From a virus: DNA of 5,933 bases. This document shows, piece after piece, positions 1-4,780 of the stretch. Location: IMG/VR virus record IMGVR_UViG_3300045988_019087, positions 1 to 5,933 of that record, one strand, 5' to 3'. Position numbers and translations under genes: made by a program. The notes under the pieces are model-generated. The model was not told the origin of the DNA, searched no databases, and saw only the letters and a list, made by a program, of their open reading frames with translations. The first letter of the stretch is position 1; each line of letters begins with the position of its first letter.

Positions 1-8
1 ACATCCCA

Positions 9-848
9 TTAGTATCCACTACCTCCTCCGCCGTGTTCTTTTCCTTTTTTGCTTTTGTGCGTCTTTGGTGCATCTGGTACGGTTTTTTCCGTCTTTTGCA
101 TTTGTTTGTAGGTTTTGAGTAAATCTTCTGTTAGTTGTTTTGGGCTGCTGTAGCTTGTGCTCATTTGGCTGCCCACGGCTTCTGCGAGTTGATACCATTG
201 TGAGCTGCTTTGCGATTTGCTGTAATAGCTTGTCGGTACGTTTCCGCTCATGGTTGATACGCCCAGGGCGCTTGACGATGGCATTCCCATACTTGCTCCT
301 GTAATGGTCGCTCCTGCTCCGCCTGGTGTGCTTGCTCCTCCGTTAGCAAATGCTAAAATAGGATTTAAGCCTGCTTTTTTCATGTCCTCTACTGCTCTTT
401 GGTAGCTTGTGCTGCTCATGCGCTCTTGGAAGTTTCTGTTTGCCAGTGCTTCGGCGCTGTTGTAATTCATTGCTGCATTTTGCTCGATGTGGTTATAGAT
501 TCCTTGCTGGATTGCTCCTAGCGTGTTGTACCCCATCTGCATTAACATGTTTTGACGGTTTGTTTTGCTCTGGAATGCGTTTTGTCCACCTTGCCAGCCA
601 TAGAAGCGGTCTAGATAGTCCATAATTTGTTTATCGTTTGTACCGCCTTCACTGCTTGAGCTGCTTGCTCCTCCCCCTTGGCTTTGGCTTTGGTTGTATC
701 CTTGGCTTTGGCTTTGGCTTTGCTGCCCGTATAGTCCTTGAAGGCCTTTTCCTGCTAGTGTCATTGCTCCTGTGACTAGTTGCGGGTTTTGCGCTGCCCA
801 TTGTAAACCTTTTGCAGCTATTCCACCGATTGTTGATAAAAAGCTCAT
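9..848 (-). CDS. VP2: DNA pilot / minor capsid protein VP2
   Basis: 279-aa ORF immediately downstream of VP1, the canonical position. Gly/Ser/Gln-rich low-complexity core (QSQSQSQGYNQSQSQGGGASSSSSEGG) and basic C-tail, typical of microvirus pilot proteins. Single possible ATG at 846-848 with an in-frame TAA just upstream. Stop TAA at 9-11 overlaps the VP4 start across the circular junction. Confidence 0.75.
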   Translation of the reverse strand: MSFLSTIGGIAAKGLQWAAQNPQLVTGAMTLAGKGLQGLYGQQSQSQSQGYNQSQSQGGGASSSSSEGGTNDKQIMDYLDRFYGWQGGQNAFQSKTNRQNMLMQMGYNTLGAIQQGIYNHIEQNAAMNYNSAEALANRNFQERMSSTSYQRAVEDMKKAGLNPILAFANGGASTPGGAGATITGASMGMPSSSALGVSTMSGNVPTSYYSKSQSSSQWYQLAEAVGSQMSTSYSSPKQLTEDLLKTYKQMQKTEKTVPDAPKTHKSKKGKEHGGGGSGY

Positions 849-850
849 TT

Positions 851-876
851 AAAAATAGCCCGGATTTCTCCGGGCT
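851..876 (-). terminator. Rho-independent terminator/attenuator between VP1 and VP2
   Basis: On the minus strand: AGCCCGGA-GAAA-UCCGGGCU (8-bp stem 857-864/869-876, GNRA-like loop) followed directly by AUUUUUAA and the VP2 ATG. It sits right after VP1, the gene needing the highest expression, as in the phiX174 post-J/F/G terminators. Confidence 0.55.
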
Positions 877-886
877 TCCTCCTTTC

Positions 887-2578
887 TTACAGTTTGTACA
901 AGCCCGGTACACTGTACAGTGGCATACAACGTGTGGTCTTGTTTGCTACGCGGATTGCTCCAAAGAACTGGTCTTCGTTCTGTACGATGAGTGTTCTTGC
1001 AATTTCTGCTTTGCCTTCTGCCATCCACTCCTGTGACAGCGTTGGTACTGCAGAGTAGTTGTCTGCATAGTGCCAGAAATCTAACGTGCCTGTTGCGTTG
1101 CTTCTCATGAGGCCGCTTACACGGTTCGGCTTCATTCTGTAATCCGCCCAGGCCTCCTGATAGCCGAACGTTTCTTCATCAGTTGTCGTGCCGGTTAACA
1201 TGATTTCTTTTTTCTTTACAGGCTGTTCGCCAAGGTTTGCAAACTGAGGCACGTAATAGTCCAGTCTGTCCTTTCTACTCCAGAATCGCTCAAGTCCCTG
1301 CTGGTATGTTCTGTTGTGACGTACACACATTACACCGATTACAAATCCGTGTTCCTCAAAGCTCTTTGTAAAGGAGCTTTCGTTGATAGGCGTTACTGAC
1401 ATTGCGCCTGTTTCGCCAATTGGCGTATCGTTTGCGTTCTGCTGTCCGCTTGTCTGCACGATTTGGTTCATGTTGACGTGGTAGCGTCCTCCGCCCAGAT
1501 ATTCCGGAATCTGCACCGTTTTGTCGCTGATGGTCACATCCCACAGTGCCTGTACTTGTTCACGGTATCTGCTACCGCCTCGTGCCATTGCTTCATAGTA
1601 CTGCTGGACGGCTACTGCCTTTCGCAAGTCGTTGATAGTTGCTGCAGTTACGCTGCTAAGGTCTGCGCCAAGGTATGCTACTTGGTGGTCTGAGCCAGTT
1701 CCGTCTCCAATGTTTAAGTATGCTGCGCCGTTATTTCCGTCTTGTCCGATTGCATACAGTCTATCTTTGACGTTGCCCGGGTTTGTGCTTCCGTCAAAAA
1801 AGCTGTTTGCATAGATACTTGTTTTGCTTGTGTAATTTTTGTCTGTGTATCCTGTCACCATTGCATTTCCACTCAACGGTAGCGTTACCTCCGGCCCTCG
1901 CTGTGGATAAGGCAAACAGCTTGAGAAGTAGTCGTGAAAACGGTTGACTGGAAGACATCGTCCGCCCTTGCATGCTTCTTGCAGTGTTAATTCTGCAATT
2001 TCTGTAGATGTCTCTTGGTCTTGGTATGTTTCACTTTCATCGCCATCATTTTCTATAGCTGCATTTCCTACGTTTTGGTCTCTGAAAAATTCGTTCCAAA
2101 TTTTTACGTAAGCTCTTATGGGCAGCGAATTGACTTCGAATTTTCCTTTGTTGGCTTTTGCCACTCTTGTTGGCACACCCATGTAGTCCAGAATGCTTTT
2201 TTCGAGTGGAAATGCGGTCTGGCCTGTTGTTTCGATTTTGATAGTCGGTACACTGTATGTCTTTGTCGGCATCCATGGCCTACTATCCACTTCTCCCATG
2301 AACTGTTTGAAGTTTTTCCACAGGATTCGGTTTGGACAATAGAAGTAATAAAAATCGATAAATGCATCATCCATCACCGGATATTTCGGTGTGGTCATGC
2401 GGATGATTGCGCTGGTGTCTACTTGGAATGTGTCTCCCGGCAGCACCTCGTCTACAAAGAATGGAATGAGCTTGCCGCTGTCGAACGTGGTTAGGATTGT
2501 CTGGTCACGATTGAATCGTGTTCGGCTTGTGTGCATCTGTGGCACTTGTAAGAAGTGTCTTTCATTGTTTCTGTTCAT
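887..2578 (-). CDS. VP1: Major capsid protein VP1 (Microviridae, gokushovirus-type)
   Basis: 563-aa ORF, the largest in the genome. N-terminus ...FNRDQTILTTFDSGKLIPFFVDEVLPGDTF... matches the conserved gokushovirus VP1 N-terminal signature (..S...tt.d.G.L.P....EvlPGDtf). ATG at 2576-2578 is preceded by a strong SD (AGGAAGGGAG, about 10 nt upstream). TAA stop at 887-889. Length is typical for gokushovirus VP1 (about 530-570 aa). Confidence 0.92.
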   Translation of the reverse strand: MNRNNERHFLQVPQMHTSRTRFNRDQTILTTFDSGKLIPFFVDEVLPGDTFQVDTSAIIRMTTPKYPVMDDAFIDFYYFYCPNRILWKNFKQFMGEVDSRPWMPTKTYSVPTIKIETTGQTAFPLEKSILDYMGVPTRVAKANKGKFEVNSLPIRAYVKIWNEFFRDQNVGNAAIENDGDESETYQDQETSTEIAELTLQEACKGGRCLPVNRFHDYFSSCLPYPQRGPEVTLPLSGNAMVTGYTDKNYTSKTSIYANSFFDGSTNPGNVKDRLYAIGQDGNNGAAYLNIGDGTGSDHQVAYLGADLSSVTAATINDLRKAVAVQQYYEAMARGGSRYREQVQALWDVTISDKTVQIPEYLGGGRYHVNMNQIVQTSGQQNANDTPIGETGAMSVTPINESSFTKSFEEHGFVIGVMCVRHNRTYQQGLERFWSRKDRLDYYVPQFANLGEQPVKKKEIMLTGTTTDEETFGYQEAWADYRMKPNRVSGLMRSNATGTLDFWHYADNYSAVPTLSQEWMAEGKAEIARTLIVQNEDQFFGAIRVANKTTRCMPLYSVPGLYKL

Positions 2579-2580
2579 TC

Positions 2581-3027
2581 TTACGTTTTACTCCCTTCCT
2601 CTGGTTCTTCTTTCTGTGCTTTGCTCTGTTCTTCCAGCTCTTTGAGCTTCATTGTGTTTGCCTGGGCGGTCGCAATCATCTGGTGATACTCGTGGATGTT
2701 TTGCGGCCATTCGGTTATATCCATTTCTATTCCATCCATAACGCCTTTTTCAAGGCTTTTCAGAAATTCCGGGTCGAAACTTGCCTTTCTGACAATGTTT
2801 TTGATGTCACATTCATCCGAATAGCTTTCAATTTCCTGTTGGATGTCGATTGGTTCGGTTTCCTGTAACACTTCCTGCCCTTTTTCGTCCTTTGTCCAGA
2901 CGTATTGTTTTCGTAGTTTTTCGCCCGGATTCGAAAAGAAGGGCTTTCGCCCTTCCTCGTATCGTTTATTCATGCGGTTTGCCCTCCCATACTTTTTCCT
3001 TGCCGTTAGAAAATTCGCCGGACTCAT
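2581..3027 (-). CDS. Putative internal scaffolding protein (VP3-like); probably starts at the internal ATG 2971-2973
   Basis: 148-aa ORF ending 2 nt before the VP1 ATG, with an acidic C-terminus (ELEEQSKAQKEEPEEGSKT). ATG 3025-3027 has no SD. Internal ATG 2971-2973 (MNKRYEEGRKPFF..., 130 aa) is preceded by GGGAGGG at ideal spacing, and would cut the overlap with the upstream 79-aa ORF to 8 nt. Size and position next to VP1 suggest a VP3 analogue, but there is no sequence signature I can verify. Confidence 0.4.
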   Translation of the reverse strand: MSPANFLTARKKYGRANRMNKRYEEGRKPFFSNPGEKLRKQYVWTKDEKGQEVLQETEPIDIQQEIESYSDECDIKNIVRKASFDPEFLKSLEKGVMDGIEMDITEWPQNIHEYHQMIATAQANTMKLKELEEQSKAQKEEPEEGSKT

Positions 3028-3205
3028 CGTTGAATGCTGCTAACTGGTAGCCGATATAGTCCTGCGGGCTCTGCCCTAAGAAGGTCTTTTCGTCTTTTGC
3101 CATCGTGTTGCACATACGCGCAAACGTTCCGTTGTTTTTGCTTTCGCCCACCCATGCGTAGCATTTTGCTACGTTGTCCCAAATGCCATAATACAGATGT
3201 TCCAT
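2966..3205 (-). CDS. Hypothetical protein (79 aa, acidic)
   Basis: ORF MEHLYYGIWDNVAKCYAWVGESKNNG... with strong SD AGAGAGGAGAAAAAA immediately upstream of ATG 3203-3205. No recognisable family. Confidence 0.45.
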   Translation of the reverse strand: MEHLYYGIWDNVAKCYAWVGESKNNGTFARMCNTMAKDEKTFLGQSPQDYIGYQLAAFNDESGEFSNGKEKVWEGKPHE

Positions 3206-3221
3206 TTTTTTCTCCTCTCTT

Positions 3222-3344
3222 TTACAGACGGATTCCGCCCCGCATGGGTTTCTGGCTGAGGTTGATGGTTTTGGTCTTGCGTGCTGTTACGTTGAATAAT
3301 CGGCGGTCTTTTGCGCCGTTCATCTTCTTACGATGTTGTGCCAT
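3222..3344 (-). CDS. Small basic DNA-binding protein (phiX174 J / gokushovirus ORF8-like)
   Basis: Hand-translated 40-aa ORF MAQHRKKMNGAKDRRLFNVTARKTKTINLSQKPMRGGIRL: 11 Arg/Lys, 1 acidic residue. SD AAGGGAG lies 8 nt upstream of ATG 3342-3344. It overlaps the 3' end of the 75-aa ORF by 17 nt in another frame and ends at TAA 3222-3224, just before the SD of the next ORF. Size and extreme basicity match microvirus DNA-packaging proteins. Confidence 0.5.
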   Translation of the reverse strand: MAQHRKKMNGAKDRRLFNVTARKTKTINLSQKPMRGGIRL

Positions 3345-3555
3345 CGTTGTACTCCCTTCTGATTAGTTCCGTTTCGATTGTTTTTGCAAAACTTTTCATC
3401 TGCCATATTTCATCTAGCAGCTTCTTTGCATCTTGGATGGTGGCTACTTTGCGTAGCATTTTGTATTTTCCATCGATTTCTTTGTATTTTTGAGTTAGCA
3501 CCTCTTCAAGTGCTTCTTTGGTCTGGTCTCTTACATTCCATGTTTTGTGCATCAT
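3328..3555 (-). CDS. Hypothetical protein (75 aa, charged/helical)
   Basis: ORF MMHKTWNVRDQTKEALEEVL... with SD AAAGGAG 6-7 nt upstream of ATG 3553-3555. Packed head-to-tail with its neighbours. No recognisable family. Confidence 0.45.
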   Translation of the reverse strand: MMHKTWNVRDQTKEALEEVLTQKYKEIDGKYKMLRKVATIQDAKKLLDEIWQMKSFAKTIETELIRREYNDGTTS

Positions 3556-3558
3556 GGT

Positions 3559-3681
3559 TTACTCCTTTTCTTTTTCGTTGATGCTATCATGCAGTGCATG
3601 ATAGATTTCGTCAAGCTTTTCCAAAATCTGCATCATGAGACGGATTGCCTGCTTGACGTCCTTGATGGAAATAAGTGCCAT
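3559..3681 (-). CDS. Hypothetical small protein (40 aa, predicted helical)
   Basis: Translated by hand: MALISIKDVKQAIRLMMQILEKLDEIYHALHDSINEKEKE. ATG overlaps the peptidase stop (TAACATG) and is preceded by AAAGGGGGGTG at SD spacing. Its stop lies 3 nt before the next ORF's ATG. The tight operon packing supports a real gene. It is below the 60-aa cutoff of the supplied ORF track. Confidence 0.35.
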   Translation of the reverse strand: MALISIKDVKQAIRLMMQILEKLDEIYHALHDSINEKEKE

Positions 3682-3682
3682 G

Positions 3683-4084
3683 TTACACCCCCTTTCTGTA
3701 TTTGTTGGGTCGTGTATCAACGTGCACCCAACTTGTGTAGACGATGATACCGCATTCGTTTGGAATGATTCTATTCAGTCTGTTAGCAATTTCTTTTGCG
3801 GTCATTCCTTCAATCCGAATGTCTGCTGCCATACCGCGCATATGGTAGCTGTATTTTGCTCCATCGCATTTTTTGTTCCATTCTGGTGTTCTGTATCCGC
3901 TGGTTATGTATACCGGCTTTCCGACTTGGTTTCTGAGGATGTCCAGAATAGCTACAAGGTGCGTATCTATGAAAACTACTTGCGAATCGTCTCTACATGC
4001 GAATTCTTTTACTTTGAAGTGTTTTCCAACGTTCATGTTTTTGTCTGTGTCCATGATGTAGCATTGGATGGCCATGGTGTTCAC
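3683..4084 (-). CDS. Peptidase M15 family (zinc D-Ala-D-Ala carboxypeptidase / L-Ala-D-Glu peptidase-like) cell-wall hydrolase; probable lysis enzyme
   Basis: 133-aa ORF. Carries the M15 zinc-ligand signatures SGYRTPEWN, SYHMRGMAAD (SxHxxGxAxD) and WVHVD. The ORF track starts it at GTG 4084, but the in-frame ATG at 4073-4075 (MAIQ...) has better SD spacing (GAGAGGTGaacaccATG) and is the more likely start. Stop TAA at 3683-3685. Confidence 0.8.
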   Translation of the reverse strand: MNTMAIQCYIMDTDKNMNVGKHFKVKEFACRDDSQVVFIDTHLVAILDILRNQVGKPVYITSGYRTPEWNKKCDGAKYSYHMRGMAADIRIEGMTAKEIANRLNRIIPNECGIIVYTSWVHVDTRPNKYRKGV

Positions 4085-4260
4085 CTCTCTTCATTTCGGA
4101 TTTCACCATTTTTTTGTCGCTTTAAGGTTCCAGCTCCCTTATGAGCATTTCTGGTCATTTGGGTTCGCTGTTGTTCCGGTCTATCCGGTTTCTTTGCCAG
4201 CCGCCTATTTGGCATTCGCTGGACGTTTTGAGGAGCTTCCCGGTCCCCCTTCGTGATTCT

Positions 4261-4289
4261 ATTTTAGCAGGTTTTTTACTGTTTGTCAA
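4261..4289 (-). promoter_or_regulatory. Sigma70-type promoter driving the minus-strand gene block
   Basis: On the minus strand: TTGACA (plus 4284-4289), exactly 17 nt of spacer, TAAAAT (plus 4261-4266). An A-tract upstream (plus 4291-4298 T-run) is UP-element-like. Predicted TSS is about 4254, giving a ~170-nt leader before the peptidase gene. Confidence 0.5.
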
Positions 4290-4381
4290 TGTTTTTTTGG
4301 TTTGAATGGCGCTTTAGCGCCTTGCCGTGCGTAGCGTATGCGGAGCTCGGCCTAATCCATTCATTTTTAGCGCTGTGCGCG

Positions 4382-4556
4382 TTTTCAACACTTTCAACAC
4401 TTTCAACAGGTTTTCAACAAAATATTGCACAATGATTTCCGTCATTTTGACGAACTTTCAACATTTCAACAAATTTTCCACAAGACTTTCAACAGTGTTT
4501 TTCGCTTGTTTTTAACGTTTTATTGTTATAAATTTATATTTTTCAACTTTTCCACA
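4382..4556 (+). repeat. Iteron array: about 10 same-orientation copies of 9-mer YTTTCMACA, including two DnaA-box consensus matches
   Basis: TTTTCAACA 4382-4390; CTTTCAACA 4391-4399 and 4400-4408; TTTTCAACA 4411-4419; CTTTCAACA 4455-4463; TTTCAACA 4464-4471; TTTTCCACA 4474-4482; CTTTCAACA 4486-4494; TTTTCAACT 4540-4548; TTTTCCACA 4548-4556. The two TTTTCCACA copies fit the DnaA box TTWTNCACA exactly; the others differ at one position. Followed by an AT-rich tract at about 4500-4545. Confidence 0.7.
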
Positions 4557-4593
4557 GTCTCTACTACTACGTCTACAACAAGTTAATATAATA

Positions 4594-4637
4594 TACGCGC
4601 GCATGCGTGCGCGCTACGCGCGCGCGTGCGTGCGCAC
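4594..4637. repeat. Alternating purine-pyrimidine (CG/CA/TG) Z-DNA-prone tract: two tandem ~21-nt repeats
   Basis: TACGCGCGCATGCGTGCGCGC (4594-4614) then TACGCGCGCGCGTGCGTGCGCAC (4615-4637). Each unit is fully alternating Pu/Py. Almost pure GC in a genome whose plus strand is otherwise T-rich. Highly self-complementary, so it has cruciform potential. Confidence 0.7.
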
Positions 4638-4640
4638 CGG

Positions 4641-4664
4641 CAGCCCCCTTGCTAGGGGGCGCTG
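4641..4664. repeat. GC-rich hairpin 1 (GCCCCC-ttgcta-GGGGGC, flanking CAG/CTG with a bulge)
   Basis: Perfect 6-bp stem 4643-4648/4655-4660, extendable by 2 bp across a 2-nt bulge. Confidence 0.55.
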
Positions 4665-4670
4665 ACGGAA

Positions 4671-4696
4671 GGGGGTAGGCCGATAGGCCTACCCCC
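4671..4696. repeat. GC-rich hairpin 2: perfect 11-bp stem GGGGGTAGGCC-gata-GGCCTACCCCC
   Basis: Stem 4671-4681/4686-4696 with all 11 pairs Watson-Crick, GATA tetraloop. Followed on the plus strand by TATTTTG. Confidence 0.65.
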
Positions 4697-4703
4697 TATT
4701 TTG

Positions 4704-4722
4704 CTGATAACTGATAACTGAT
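4704..4722 (+). repeat. Tandem heptamer CTGATAA x2.7
   Basis: CTGATAA CTGATAA CTGAT lies between hairpins 2 and 3. The GATA motif also forms the loop of hairpin 2. Confidence 0.45.
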
Positions 4723-4745
4723 TTACATGGAGTCTGAAGTCTATC

Positions 4746-4772
4746 ATCATCCCCCCTTCTAGGGGGGATGAT
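4746..4772. repeat. GC-rich hairpin 3: perfect 11-bp stem ATCATCCCCCC-ttcta-GGGGGGATGAT
   Basis: Stem 4746-4756/4762-4772, loop 4757-4761. The flanks CTATCAT / ATAGAG extend it imperfectly. Confidence 0.65.
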
Positions 4773-4780
4773 AGAGGGGT

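Noticed and set aside
1356-2370. Minus-strand ORFs nested inside VP1 in other frames (1356-1544, 2046-2276, 2116-2370)
   Set aside because: They lie wholly inside the well-supported VP1 frame, have Arg/Lys/Gln-rich out-of-frame composition, no SD, and no known overlapping-gene precedent at these positions in gokushoviruses.
407-2868. Multiple plus-strand ORFs (407-625, 812-1036, 1463-1693, 1632-1814, 2015-2494, 2391-2645, 2518-2868)
   Set aside because: All are antisense to strong minus-strand genes (VP2, VP1, VP3-like). They translate into Phe/Leu/Cys-rich junk typical of the T-rich non-coding strand. None has an RBS or a start context. They are shadow ORFs.
3034-4144. Plus-strand ORFs opposite the small-gene block and the peptidase (3034-3366, 3311-3493, 3378-3581, 3547-3747, 3635-4144, 3873-4061)
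   Set aside because: They are antisense to tightly packed minus-strand genes that each have their own SDs, with hydrophobic and Cys-rich composition from the T-rich strand and no RBS.
4306-4322. Small hairpin GGCGC-ttta-GCGCC upstream of the promoter -35
   Set aside because: It has only a 5-bp stem and no flanking U-run in either orientation. It could be an operator-like dyad, but the evidence is too weak to call.
4068-4515. Plus-strand ORFs in the non-coding region (4068-4256, 4327-4515)
   Set aside because: The second is simply the iteron array translated (TFNTFNRFSTK...), and the first runs antisense through the promoter and leader. Neither has an RBS or coding-like composition. The region is better explained as cis-acting DNA.
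4382-4556. Possibility that the short direct repeats are a CRISPR array
   Set aside because: The repeat unit is only 8-9 nt with 0-3 nt of spacer, and the copies are degenerate. There are no unique spacers of 25-40 nt and no cas genes. This is an iteron array, not CRISPR.
4577-4610. dif-like XerC/XerD site (as used by integrating gokushovirus prophages): an AT-rich core flanked by a GC-rich arm
   Set aside because: Position-by-position comparison with the E. coli dif site (GGTGCGCATAATGTATATTATGTTAAAT) gives a poor match, and the 6-bp central region flanked by 11-bp arms cannot be laid out convincingly. It is kept only as a remote possibility to test against the host dif once the host is known.
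4671-4702. Hairpin 2 + TATTTTG as a functional plus-strand intrinsic terminator
   Set aside because: There are no plus-strand genes or promoters that would need it. It is more economically read as one of the ssDNA origin-type hairpins. The T-run is short (four T).
4644-4779. G-quadruplex potential from four G-runs of four or more (GGGGG 4655, GGGGG 4671, GGGGGG 4762, GGGG 4776) and the matching C-runs
   Set aside because: One inter-tract loop is about 86 nt. The runs are already accounted for as paired arms of perfect hairpins, which would outcompete a G4.
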